This document shows, piece by piece, positions 31,217 through 40,627 of a DNA stretch of 64,000 nucleotides. The stretch covers positions 128,001 through 192,000 of the forward strand of contig OY969814.1 of NCBI GenBank assembly GCA_963703345.1, read 5' to 3'. Positions within the stretch are counted from its first letter, which is position 1, and each line of letters opens with the position of its first letter. This DNA is from an uncultured Chloroflexia bacterium. GTDB lineage: Bacteria > Chloroflexota > Dehalococcoidia > DSTF01 > JALHUB01. Both the position numbers and the translations under genes were made by a program. Below the pieces are notes generated by a model. That model had not been told where the DNA came from. It saw only the letters and a program-made list of their open reading frames with translations, and ran no database searches.

Positions 31217-32182
31217 TTGCTGCCCGCTGATCCACCGAGGCGCATGGACTGCGACATCGTGATCGTCGGCGCCGGGCCGGCAGGTCTCACCGCTGGTCTG
31301 TATGCCGCGCGCGCCCGTCGCTGCACGGTGCTGCTCGAAAAGAACGTTGTCGGTGGACAGATTGCGCTTACGGCGATGGTCGAGAACTATCCCGGCTTCC
31401 CGGACGGGATCAATGGATACGACCTGTCGCAGGCGATGCTTAAGCAGGGCGAAAAGTACGGTCTAATGCCGCTTTACGTCGCTGCGCACTCTGTCGAACG
31501 GGCGGATGATCACTTCCTCGTCAGGACGGGCGAAGGTGATCTTCTTACAAAGACGGTGATTGCAGCCGGAGGAGCCGGCTACCGGAGGTTAGGGGTTCCA
31601 GGCGAGGAACGGCTCACGGGACGCGGCGTATCCTACTGCGCCACCTGCGATGCAGCGCTCTTCCGCGAGCAGGAAGTGGCGGTGGTGGGCGGGGGTGACG
31701 CAGCTATGGACGAAGCCCTCTTTCTTAGTCGCTACGCCGCCAGGGTTCACGTTATCCACCGTCGCGATCAGCTTCGGGCAACGCCGGTGTTGCAGGAACG
31801 CGTCTTTGCCGAGCCGAAGATCGACTTCATGTGGAATACGGTGGTCACGGAAGTGCGCGGGGAGGAGATGGTGAGCGGCGTCGGGTTGCGCAGCTCGCTA
31901 AACGGCGAGGAATCGGCACTCGAGTTGAGTGGTCTTTTCGTCTTCGTGGGTCAGCAGCCAAACATCGACTATCTGGGAGGGCTGGCGGCGATGGACGAGA
32001 CCGGCCATGTCATCGTGAATGAGTGGATGGAGACGACTGTGCCGGGTTTGTTCGCGGCCGGGGACGTGCGCAGCCGTGCGGCGCGTCAGATCGTCAGTTC
32101 CGCCGGCGACGGCGCAACCGCAGCGATCCGGGCGGACCGGTACATCGACGAGAGGTTCGGCGCCTGGACGCCGCCTCTCTAG
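31217..32182 (+). CDS. trxB: Thioredoxin-disulfide reductase
   Basis: GAGPAGLTA, GVSYCATCD, VGGGDAA, FAAGD. Confidence 0.96.
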   Translation: MLPADPPRRMDCDIVIVGAGPAGLTAGLYAARARRCTVLLEKNVVGGQIALTAMVENYPGFPDGINGYDLSQAMLKQGEKYGLMPLYVAAHSVERADDHFLVRTGEGDLLTKTVIAAGGAGYRRLGVPGEERLTGRGVSYCATCDAALFREQEVAVVGGGDAAMDEALFLSRYAARVHVIHRRDQLRATPVLQERVFAEPKIDFMWNTVVTEVRGEEMVSGVGLRSSLNGEESALELSGLFVFVGQQPNIDYLGGLAAMDETGHVIVNEWMETTVPGLFAAGDVRSRAARQIVSSAGDGATAAIRADRYIDERFGAWTPPL

Positions 32183-32338
32183 CCGCCAGTCTCTTCCGGC
32201 CGAACATGGCGTCGCGCAGCAGTTAACTTGACGGGAACAAGTATCGCGATCTAGTATTCTTCGTCCCCGCCGGAACCCCGCTGTCCGGAAGCTTCAGATG
32301 CCCGCAAGTCGCTGCGGACCAGCGCATAAGAGGTTGTC

Positions 32339-33535
32339 ATGAGGCGGCTGGCAATCGCGGTGGTAGGGCTTGCCCTGGTGGCGAGCTTGGTGACAGGCGT
32401 CGGTCGGCCACGCCTCGATGGGACTGCCGCCGAGCCGGCGCAAGCTCAGGGCGGCATCACGGCGGAGAGCCTGGGCGCTCGAATCGCCCAGATTGAAGGC
32501 GCCAGGCATGCGCTCGGCACCGAGGCCGAGAGAACGAAGCTGGGCGAGGTCGCCGAATACGTCCAGTCCCAGATGGGCGCTCTTGGTCTCAGCGTCCAGG
32601 AAGACTCCGTCACCTATTCCGGTCAGACGTTTCCGAACATCATTGGCACTCTCCCAGGCACGGCGTGCCCGGACGCATCAATCATAGTCGGCGCCCACTA
32701 TGACGCCGGCGAAGGCGCGACCGGAGCGGATGACAACGCCAGCGGCGTGGCCGCGGTGCTCGAAATAGCACGCCTTCTCAGTGCCCGGTCGTTCCAGCCG
32801 TCCATACAGTTCGTCGGCTTCTCCTTCGAAGAGGACGGGCTCATAGGGAGTAAGCAGATGGCGACCCATGCCGGGACCACACACACGAGAATAGCCGGTG
32901 TTCTTGTGTTGGACATGATCGCGTACACGTGCGACGAGCCGGGATGCCAGACCTATCCGCCCGGTTCTTCCGGCCCGAGTGTCGGCGACTTCGTCTCGGT
33001 CACCGGCAATACTGCCTCGGCGCCGCTCCTACAAACCTTCACAACGGCGTCAGCTTCGGCCGTGCCTGCCCTCCCTGTATCGCCGCTGGAGGTGCCGGCA
33101 AACGGCGATCACGATACCAGAGGAAGCGACCATTCTCCCTTCTGGGACTGGGGATACGAGGCCCTCGCAATCGACGACACCGCGAACTTCCGCAATCCGA
33201 ACTACCATACTCCCTCAGATACGTTGAGCACCCTTGATCTGAACTTTGCGGCTGACGTGGCCAACGCGACCCTCGCGGCCGTTGTCGCTGCCGCCACAGC
33301 CGATCGCGATAGTGACGGCCGCGTCGACGCCTGCGGTGCGCCGAACGGACCGGTTGGCGGCGTCGCAGAGCTGCCAGCCCTTGCCGGACCTTCGGCGCAG
33401 GAAGCTGACGGACCGTCAGCAATGTCCCGCTGGTCGTCCGGCAAGGCTACTGCCGTGGCCGGCGGACTTGCTATAGCCAGCGCCCTGTTGCTGGCAGCGG
33501 GCGCCTGGTACGCTGCGAGGCGCTCGCTCCGCTAG
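32339..33535 (+). CDS. Secreted M28 family peptidase with C-terminal membrane anchor
   Basis: Signal peptide, GAHYD, GADDNASG, FEE, SDH, YHTPSD; C-terminal TM helix plus RR. Confidence 0.88.
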   Translation: MRRLAIAVVGLALVASLVTGVGRPRLDGTAAEPAQAQGGITAESLGARIAQIEGARHALGTEAERTKLGEVAEYVQSQMGALGLSVQEDSVTYSGQTFPNIIGTLPGTACPDASIIVGAHYDAGEGATGADDNASGVAAVLEIARLLSARSFQPSIQFVGFSFEEDGLIGSKQMATHAGTTHTRIAGVLVLDMIAYTCDEPGCQTYPPGSSGPSVGDFVSVTGNTASAPLLQTFTTASASAVPALPVSPLEVPANGDHDTRGSDHSPFWDWGYEALAIDDTANFRNPNYHTPSDTLSTLDLNFAADVANATLAAVVAAATADRDSDGRVDACGAPNGPVGGVAELPALAGPSAQEADGPSAMSRWSSGKATAVAGGLAIASALLLAAGAWYAARRSLR

Positions 33536-33653
33536 CGACCGCATTCGCAGACGCAGGTTGTCCCCGCGGCCAGCCCGGCGAAGGCCCCTGACAGATCCTC
33601 CGCCATCACGTACGTACCACGGCGTTGCCACCCGCTGGCTGCTCGCGTGCTCT

Positions 33654-33683
33654 TTGACGCGGCACGAGTGCGCCGCCTATACT
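33654..33683 (+). promoter_or_regulatory. Putative selC promoter
   Basis: TTGACG-18 nt-TATACT, 28 nt upstream of the tRNA. Confidence 0.6.
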
Positions 33684-33711
33684 TGAGCCGGGCCCCCGGC
33701 TTGTGCCCTGC

Positions 33712-33809
33712 GGGAGTGGATGGGTCCCGGTGGGTCTCGCGGTCTTCAAAATCGTTGCGGGGCGGCCTGCGCCGTCCCGGGTGGGTTCGACTCCCACCCA
33801 CTCCCGCCA
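33712..33809 (+). tRNA. selC: tRNA-Sec (anticodon UCA)
   Basis: 98 nt; 8-bp acceptor stem GGGAGTGG/CCACTCCC; anticodon loop CTTCAAA; long variable arm; GTTCGAC; G73-CCA. Confidence 0.96.
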
Positions 33810-34014
33810 GATTCCAGCTAGAACCTAACAGTAACGTTTTGTTGAAGACTTCTCTGCCTCTCGCCCATCATCGCGACTATTTCTAGGTTCGTTGCGATGG
33901 AGCTCGCATCATTCAGATGAATCCAGTCTTCATCCCCCCTCTCCAAGAAAATCGAATCTGAGGACTGGTAATTCACAGGTTTCTCAACGTTCTTTTATTG
34001 CTGAGAGACATTAC

Positions 34015-34037
34015 CAATTGGTCACAAAGTGGTCACA
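34015..34037 (+). repeat. Putative integrase arm-type site (left)
   Basis: CAATTGGTCACAAAGT identical to 54144-54159; tandem TGGTCACA x2. Confidence 0.6.
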
Positions 34038-34135
34038 GGAAATCTTTCACAAATAGTCCGTTTACCAACGCTCGACGAATGAAAGCGACGGTCCGTCGCG
34101 TGGAGAATATGTGCAGCAAGTTGCCGTGGATTGGG

Positions 34136-34720
34136 TTAGTCACGAAGAGGCGTGAGACGCGCTCCGCGATTCTCGACCAGGTCCACCATCGCCCTTTCCA
34201 GCGGCACGTCGAGCGCGACGGCCACCGTGCTCGTGTAGCGCATAAGCGCTACTGAGGCTACGATCTCGACGATCTCCGCGTCAGTCCATCCCGCTGCTCG
34301 GAGCTCGTCGACCATCTCGTCGGTGACCGCTGCCGGCCGCCGCCCGACGACGCGCGCGAAGTTCACCGCGGCATTCTCTTTGTCCGTGAGCCGCGGCGAA
34401 GGTTTGCCGTCGATCACCTCCACGCACTCCTCCGTGCTCCAGTGCTTGCTGCGCAGGGCCATCATGTGAGCCGCCGTGCAGTACTGACACTCGACCTCGC
34501 AGGCGGTGACGGCGAAGAATACGCGCTTCAGTTCTTCGCGAATGTTGCCCTCTTCGACGGTGGCCTGGCTCAGGGTCCAGAGAGCACCGGTGGTCTCGGG
34601 GAGATAGCCCAGCCCCTTCTGAAGAGCGGGGACCATCCGATAGTAACTCTTCACTCTTTCGAACATTTCCTTGGTCTTGCCTGTCGCCGTATCTGGGTCC
34701 AACAATGCTACGCGAGCCAT
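34136..34720 (-). CDS. AhpD/carboxymuconolactone decarboxylase-like peroxidase-related protein
   Basis: CQYCTAAH motif; LRAAGWTDAEIVEIV. Confidence 0.8.
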   Translation of the reverse strand: MARVALLDPDTATGKTKEMFERVKSYYRMVPALQKGLGYLPETTGALWTLSQATVEEGNIREELKRVFFAVTACEVECQYCTAAHMMALRSKHWSTEECVEVIDGKPSPRLTDKENAAVNFARVVGRRPAAVTDEMVDELRAAGWTDAEIVEIVASVALMRYTSTVAVALDVPLERAMVDLVENRGARLTPLRD

Positions 34721-34842
34721 CGGTGCCTCCTGCTATTGGACTGAGATTCCTGCCGTCCGAGCCCCTCGACGGGCGATCTTGCTTTGCTGCCTATTCTACT
34801 CGTAAGCCATCGTATAGGCTCACCCGGTCGCCGTCACATGCC

Positions 34843-34955
34843 CGTCACGGTCCCCGGTACCGCCAGGAAGGCCACGCAGATGAGCGAAGTCGCCGCCGCC
34901 TCACGCATCGAAGCGCCGAAAGGCAGCACGAAGGCGAGAACGAGCAGGAAGCCGC
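34843..34955 (-). pseudogene. 113-bp fragment of a second TauE-family gene
   Basis: 10 mismatches in 113 bp versus 35866-35978 (hand count). Confidence 0.75.
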
Positions 34956-35042
34956 GCCTGCAGACGATGGCGATGTCAACCTGGGCTGTGGTAGCGTTTA
35001 CGGGGACAGGTCAGGAGCGTTGAGGTAGCTAGGAGATTCTCG

Positions 35043-35609
35043 ATGAACGGCGCCGCTTTCGACGCGATCAACGATCTGGCCGGCCATGGCGTTATTGCGG
35101 ACGACTTGGCGAAATGGGCGGCACAATACCTGCTGTACGCTATCGTCTTCGTCGTGGCCTGCATGTGGTTCGTCGGTCGCAGCGCGGCGGAACGCGGTGT
35201 GAATCGCAGGCTGGTTCTGGAGGGTGCCCTCTCGGCTCTAGTCGGCCTCGCAGCCGTCGCCCTCATCCAGCACTTCTATCACCATCCACGCCCCTTCGTG
35301 GAGAGAAACGATGTATACCTCCTTGTCCCACATGGTGCTGACCCGTCCTTTCCGTCGGAGCATGTGATCGTTGCGGCCGCTCTGGCTGGAAGCTTCATCT
35401 GGAATCGACGCTGGCTGGGCGGTCTGCTTATGCTCGCCGCGGGCGCTCTCGGCTTCGCAAGAGTGCTGGCAGGAATCCACTATCCCGCGGACATAATAGC
35501 CGCTCTTGCGCTCGGTGTAATCATTAGTTGGGTGGTCGTCCAAATGGGTGCTCCTTTGGATCGGGCGCAGCGTTGGGCGACGAGCTTCATGCCTCCACCT
35601 CTGCGATGA
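35043..35609 (+). CDS. PAP2 family (undecaprenyl-diphosphatase BcrC-like) phosphatase
   Basis: RPF, PSFPSEH, ARVLAGIHYPAD. Confidence 0.88.
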   Translation: MNGAAFDAINDLAGHGVIADDLAKWAAQYLLYAIVFVVACMWFVGRSAAERGVNRRLVLEGALSALVGLAAVALIQHFYHHPRPFVERNDVYLLVPHGADPSFPSEHVIVAAALAGSFIWNRRWLGGLLMLAAGALGFARVLAGIHYPADIIAALALGVIISWVVVQMGAPLDRAQRWATSFMPPPLR

Positions 35610-35676
35610 TCCTCGGACTGTGATCCCATTCAGGGGGGGACGGGGCAGTGGCGTGGACTCCCTTCCTGACCTGCTG

Positions 35677-36453
35677 TCATATGCTCTTGAGAATCTCCGT
35701 CACCAGGAAGTACGCCGCGAACAGGATGAGGAACGCGCCGAAGGGTCGCCTGAGGTGGATTTGCCGCTGCCAGATGGATAGCCGGGCGCCCAGAAACGTT
35801 CCCGGGATCACTCCAATCGCCAGGTAGAACGATAGCCACCAGTTGATGTGCCCCAACAGAGCGTGCGTCGCGGTCCCTGGTACCGCCAAGAAGGCCACGC
35901 AGATGAGCGACGTCGCCGCCGCCTCGCGCATCGAAGCGCCGAAAAACAGCACGAAGGCTGGAACGAGCAAGAAGCCGCCGCCGTTCGCAAGTAGTCCCGA
36001 CAGGAGGCCGACGACAACCGCCACCACCAGCAGGCCGGCGACGGGCGCGCTTCGCCATTGCGCTGACCTGCGCGCCGACTCCGCAGCAGTATACGGGTTC
36101 AGGCGCAGCATCTGGACGCCGACGCCCGCTACCGCTGCTGCTACCAGGATCATGAGCCAGTGGCCCGGTATCCAGCGCGTAAGCAGCGCGCCGACGACGA
36201 CGGCAGGAAGTCCGCCCGCTACCGACCAGATCACGGCCCGCCTGTTGACCAGACCTTCCCTGGAATAGGCGGCCAGTCCTGTCGCAGCCGTCGGGAAAGT
36301 GGCCGGCAGGGGCGACGCGAGCGCGATCAGGCTGGGCGTGTCCAGTACGACGCGCAAAAGGGGCGTGGCAATACTGCTCCCTCCAACGCCAAAGAGACCG
36401 GAAAGGATGCCTATCGCGAAGCCCAGCGCGACCGTGACAGCGTCATGTTGCAT
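35677..36453 (-). CDS. TauE/SafE sulfite exporter family permease
   Basis: SGLFGVGG and SGLLANGGG repeats; AAATSL; highly hydrophobic. Confidence 0.88.
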   Translation of the reverse strand: MQHDAVTVALGFAIGILSGLFGVGGSSIATPLLRVVLDTPSLIALASPLPATFPTAATGLAAYSREGLVNRRAVIWSVAGGLPAVVVGALLTRWIPGHWLMILVAAAVAGVGVQMLRLNPYTAAESARRSAQWRSAPVAGLLVVAVVVGLLSGLLANGGGFLLVPAFVLFFGASMREAAATSLICVAFLAVPGTATHALLGHINWWLSFYLAIGVIPGTFLGARLSIWQRQIHLRRPFGAFLILFAAYFLVTEILKSI

Positions 36454-36565
36454 CTGAAACGCGACCCTCCGATGTCGCGACCTATCTTGATTGCCTCAAT
36501 GCCCAAGTATAGGCGATTAGGCGCGCGAAGAGATTCCGCGACCAGCCGTCAGGCCGTAGACAAGG

Positions 36566-36594
36566 GCAGAGGCGAGGATCCTCCTCGCCTCTGC
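36566..36594. repeat. Perfect 13-bp inverted repeat
   Basis: GCAGAGGCGAGGA-TCC-TCCTCGCCTCTGC. Confidence 0.7.
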
Positions 36595-36678
36595 GTGTCG
36601 GTGGAAAGCGCGCGCGGACACGGCTCCGTGTTTACAGTGACCTTCCCTGTGTCGTCTCTAGAAGCAGACCCAAAATGA
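36595..36678 (+). pseudogene. C-terminal remnant of a histidine kinase HATPase domain
   Basis: VSVESARGHGSVFTVTFP with no upstream kinase sequence. Confidence 0.5.
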
Positions 36679-36795
36679 TGGCGCTCTATGCGCTCCCTTT
36701 CCCCAGCATCAGCGTGCATGCGTCGCTGGCGCAGTCGAATCGCGTGGCTCCGGCCGTCGGGCTACCTCGTTGTGATGGACTGCGGGATGACGGCC

Positions 36796-37812
36796 CTACT
36801 CGTTTGACTCGCTAGGCTGCTCGAGCACGTACTTCGTGCCCACGCTGCCCTGGACAAACGCGTCAGGGAAGGCTGCAGCGATAGCATGAGTTGCCCGCCA
36901 CCCTGTGCAGTGGGTGGGGACTATGACCTCTGGCGCCAGCCCTGTGAGCGCCTCAACGGTTGGCCAGACGACCGCCTCTGGGGACGAGGTGGCGAGGTGG
37001 AATCCGCCGATGACTGCGTACACTCGCTCGACGCCTGTAAGCTTGCGGGCGTGAAGGACCGTGTTGATCACGCCAGCATGGCCGCAACCGGTTATCACCA
37101 CCAGCCCGCGGCCGTGCACGTTGGCGACCAGCGCCTGATCGTCGAGGATCAGCGGGTCGGGCACCCATTCCCCGTCGCGCAGGGCCTGATGGACGGGGAA
37201 GCCCTGCTCGAACGGGGTGGTCCGCTCGATCTGGCCGGTCACCAGCAGCGCGCCGTCGAAAAGCAGCGACGGCTCTCGCTGCTCTACCAGTTCGAAGCCC
37301 GCAGCGCGTACCTTTTCCCGGCTGGTGGCAGGCAGTTCGCGAGGCTCCCGTCCGAGCGGTGCAATGCGCCGCTTCAGCCAGCAATCGGGATGGACCAGGA
37401 GCGGCGGCAGGGGCGATAGCTCTCGCATTAGGCCGTTGAGACCGATGGCGTGATCGAAGTGGCCGTGGCTCAGAACGATCGCCTCGATCTCCTGCGGGTT
37501 GACCCCCAGCGCCCGGAGGTTGTGCACGACGCCATTCACCGTCGCACCCGTATCGAGCAGCAGCGAGCGTCGCTGCCCATCGACGAGCACGCTCACGAGA
37601 AATGACAGGCCGTGCTCCGCAGAGGGAGAATCCGCCGCATATCCCTCCTCAAGCAGCGGCGCTTCCAGCCGGGGAAGTGGTTGACCGTCGCGTCCGGCCG
37701 TCGCCATTCGCTTGGCGACAGCCGTGCTAGGGAGGAGAACATCCACCACGTTGTCGATGACAGTCAGGATTTCTACGCTGTCAACCTCTGGTAGCGGAAT
37801 CTGCTTGGCCAT
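36796..37812 (-). CDS. MBL-fold metallo-hydrolase (COG1237-like)
   Basis: AEHGLS, LDTG, LSHGHFDH, GCGHAG, GGFHL, PTHCTG. Confidence 0.9.
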   Translation of the reverse strand: MAKQIPLPEVDSVEILTVIDNVVDVLLPSTAVAKRMATAGRDGQPLPRLEAPLLEEGYAADSPSAEHGLSFLVSVLVDGQRRSLLLDTGATVNGVVHNLRALGVNPQEIEAIVLSHGHFDHAIGLNGLMRELSPLPPLLVHPDCWLKRRIAPLGREPRELPATSREKVRAAGFELVEQREPSLLFDGALLVTGQIERTTPFEQGFPVHQALRDGEWVPDPLILDDQALVANVHGRGLVVITGCGHAGVINTVLHARKLTGVERVYAVIGGFHLATSSPEAVVWPTVEALTGLAPEVIVPTHCTGWRATHAIAAAFPDAFVQGSVGTKYVLEQPSESNE

Positions 37813-38332
37813 CTGGCGAGACCTCCCCTTTGCTGACATCGTCATCTGACCTCCCTCGTGTCTCGAGGATGAGATTGACCGCCGAGGCGACGAGGACGGC
37901 CGTAATGATGAGCGCCGATATCGTGCACCACATGCACACCGACTCGATCCGGTAGAGCTCTACCCAGGCCAGATAGCCGGAGTAGGTGGTTCCAGCGAGC
38001 CCCATGCCGAACAAAGCCAAGGACGGCAGCTCCCCGAACCTGGACGAGAAGGAGAGCCCAGCGATGGCGGCAGCAAGTATCGCCAGGTAAAGGAGAGCGC
38101 CCCAAACGGCGACGGGAACGCCGAGCACAACCGAGTACTCGCTGGCCTGAACGGCGTCGCAGCCGTGCCCCAATTCGCAGAAAAGCGACTCGCCGCCAAT
38201 CCTTCCATATGCTAGATAGGACGAAACTGCCATGCCCCCGACGGCCAGCAGCGCGATCGCCGCGAGCAGGATTGGCCTCAGCAGATAGCGTGGTTCTGCT
38301 GCCCTGGCGGTCGGATCGGTTCCGTTCTTCAT
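37781..38332 (-). CDS. Vitamin K epoxide reductase (VKOR) family protein
   Basis: C-x5-C (CELGHGC), SEYS..LGVPVA, CMWC; TM helices. Confidence 0.9.
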   Translation of the reverse strand: MKNGTDPTARAAEPRYLLRPILLAAIALLAVGGMAVSSYLAYGRIGGESLFCELGHGCDAVQASEYSVVLGVPVAVWGALLYLAILAAAIAGLSFSSRFGELPSLALFGMGLAGTTYSGYLAWVELYRIESVCMWCTISALIITAVLVASAVNLILETRGRSDDDVSKGEVSPDGQADSATRG

Positions 38333-39050
38333 TCACCCCCCTTTGCTTTCCCAAGCGCCTCTTCTATGAGCGGTTGGAAGCGGTCGAAGGGAAGGTAGCC
38401 TGGCACCATCGTGCCATTGATCACGAGCGTGGGCGTTCCGTTGACCCCTAGGGCAATCGCCTCTTCCCGCTCGCGCGCTATCTCGTCATAGTGGCGGTGC
38501 GAATCGAGGCAAGTGGCGAACTCTTGTTGGTCGAGTCCCAATTCGGCGGCGAACTGCTTCAGTTTTTCCGGGCGGAAGGCACCTTCGTTCTCACCGTTCT
38601 GCTCCGCGTACAGCTTGTAGTGGTACTGCCAGTATCGCCCCTGGTCGTTTGCGCACTCCGCCGCCTCGGCCGCCAACGTAGACTCGTTCTGCTCTTTTGG
38701 CTGGTTGCCACCTATGACGGCGAAGTTATGGAACTCGATTTGCACCAATCCCTTGGCGACGTACTGATCCTCGACATCTTTCTCCGTCGTGTCCACAAAG
38801 CGCTTGCACCAGGGGCACTGGTAGCGGAGTCCGGTCCGCACTTGCGGCCATCGACCGGCACCTGCCCGCTGGCGCAGAGGTGATCTGACGCGGAGACCGG
38901 CGTCTCTCCACCAGCAATGAGGGGCCCACCCCCTCTGTCGTGGAAGAGCTCGCTGGCCAGTATCGCCACCGCCGCTGCCGCCACAGCCAGCGCGACGGTG
39001 TAGAGGAGAAGGCGTCTCCTGTCAGGTCGCTCTTTGATTCTCGTCTCCAC
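38329..39050 (-). pseudogene. DsbA/BdbD-like thiol-disulfide oxidoreductase, frameshifted
   Basis: N-terminal TM part (…DGRKCGPDSA) is out of frame with YQCPWC...AAEAAECA...GVNGTPT; junction ~38823; the usual 'PVTIVEFSD'-type strand is missing. Confidence 0.75.
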
Positions 39051-39064
39051 CTCTCCCTCGGGCG

Positions 39065-39847
39065 CTATTCTTGGTGTCTCAGTCTAGTACACCGCGGCCT
39101 TCGCCGCAGGGTCTCGCGCGCGTCGATGGGCTTAACCTCCGGGCGCGTGGCTTCATACGCAGTATGCACATCGAGACCTGCGAAGCTCTCTCTTATGGCT
39201 ACGATCTCCTTCGCTGACAGGGGCGCCACGGCGCATGGCCGCAAGGGAGTGTTGATCTGCACCTCGTCGGGCGAGAGACCGGCAGCGAGCGCGGCCATCT
39301 CCTCGGCGACCCTCTTGTTCGCGGTGAGGAACATCATCTGCAGGGCCAGCCTTCCGCTCCACTGGGAGCGAAAGCGCCTGATACCATCGACTATCTCTTC
39401 CAGTGATAGATGAACTACCGGCCTGTTGATGAAACGGAAGAGCCTTTCGTCGGGTGCGTCCAGCTTGGCAACGACCACATCCGCCCTCGCGAGGTTCTCG
39501 CGAACGTCCTCTCTGGTCATGAGGGCAGAATTGGTGAGCACCGCCACCGGCAGGCCAAGCATGGCGCTGGCGAGTTCTATGGCCTCACCCAGGTTACTCG
39601 CGAGCGTGGGCTCGCCCGTACCGGAAAAGGTGACATAGTCGGCGGCCACCCCCTCCACTGTCGCCAGCTCACGGGCGAGGTCGTCAAGCTTTACGAACGC
39701 CGCCCGCTCCACCGTGGGGTTTGTGGTGGCGCCCAACTGACAGTAGACGCAGCCGAAGCAGCACGTCTTGCCCCGCCCGGGCAGCAGGTCGATGCCTAGC
39801 GACCTGCCGAGCCGCCAGGAGGGAACAGGCCCGTAGACTATGGACAT
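39065..39847 (-). CDS. Radical SAM protein (COG0731-like)
   Basis: YGPVPSWRLGRSLGID, CCFGCVYC, SGTGEPTL. Confidence 0.9.
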   Translation of the reverse strand: MSIVYGPVPSWRLGRSLGIDLLPGRGKTCCFGCVYCQLGATTNPTVERAAFVKLDDLARELATVEGVAADYVTFSGTGEPTLASNLGEAIELASAMLGLPVAVLTNSALMTREDVRENLARADVVVAKLDAPDERLFRFINRPVVHLSLEEIVDGIRRFRSQWSGRLALQMMFLTANKRVAEEMAALAAGLSPDEVQINTPLRPCAVAPLSAKEIVAIRESFAGLDVHTAYEATRPEVKPIDARETLRRRPRCTRLRHQE

Positions 39848-39937
39848 GCGTCAACCCCTACGCGTCATTTTGCCCTAGCCCCTCTTATCTGCTTCTCAGT
39901 CGGCATAGACAACTCCAGCCAAGGTCACTCGGGCTTT

Positions 39938-40336
39938 CTAGTGCAGGCGCTCGACCAGATTCGGCAGGTCTCCACCGGCGTGCCGCAGCGCGGCGTCCCT
40001 AGCATCCTCGACGTCGGTTATCACAACCTCGATGCCGAGCTGCTGGAGGCTTTCCCTCGCGCCCCAACCCATGCCACCGGCTATGAGCGCCTGACAGTCG
40101 CTGATGGCAGTCGCCATCTGTTCGTGCCGCGACTGGGCTCCGGCGCCGAAGCCATGCCTGCCCTGTGCGTCCAGTTCTTCGTGCGGCTCGCCCGCGAAGG
40201 CGCGGTGCCCGAGCTTGGGGCGTTTCTCCTCGGCCACGACCTGTCCGTCCTTAATTGTCAGCACAATGTACATTTCCGCACGCCCGAAGTGCTGGCTGAT
40301 GGTCACGCCATCGTCGGATATCACTGCGATCTTCAC
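39938..40336 (-). CDS. NifB/NifX family (MTH1175-like) protein
   Basis: KIAV...SQHFGRA...GGMGWGA. Confidence 0.85.
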   Translation of the reverse strand: MKIAVISDDGVTISQHFGRAEMYIVLTIKDGQVVAEEKRPKLGHRAFAGEPHEELDAQGRHGFGAGAQSRHEQMATAISDCQALIAGGMGWGARESLQQLGIEVVITDVEDARDAALRHAGGDLPNLVERLH

Positions 40337-40367
40337 TGCTCACTCCTCCAGCTTTCTATAGTCTCGT

Positions 40368-40607
40368 CTATTCCCGGTGGCACGACCCGCCGGTTGAGCA
40401 GGGCGGAGTCTCGCAGCGCTCCTCGCGCCCGCAGCAGGTCGTGCCCCCGGCGCGCGCCGTGTCGCTCACTACGTTGAAAGATGACAGAAGCTTCTCCATG
40501 TCTTCTGCACCGCAACTCGGACAGCGGGCTGATGCGGCGTCGGGTCTTTGGACGAACATCTCGTGAACTTCGCCGCACCTGCGGCAACGGTAGTCGTAGA
40601 TTGGCAT
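40368..40607 (-). CDS. FmdB family zinc-ribbon protein with Cys-rich tail
   Basis: MPIYDYRCRRCG...CPSCG...TCCGREERCETPPC. Confidence 0.85.
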   Translation of the reverse strand: MPIYDYRCRRCGEVHEMFVQRPDAASARCPSCGAEDMEKLLSSFNVVSDTARAGGTTCCGREERCETPPCSTGGSCHRE

Positions 40608-40627
40608 CTTATCCTCCAAGCATGCAG

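Noticed and set aside
33810-34135. Integrase remnant next to either att site (also 53950-54283)
   Set aside because: No recognisable tyrosine- or serine-recombinase motifs in any frame by eye; a blastx search could still find a decayed trace.
36720-36790. WLRPSGYLVVMD, resembling a methyltransferase C-terminal motif
   Set aside because: Too short, with no start or context to support a call.
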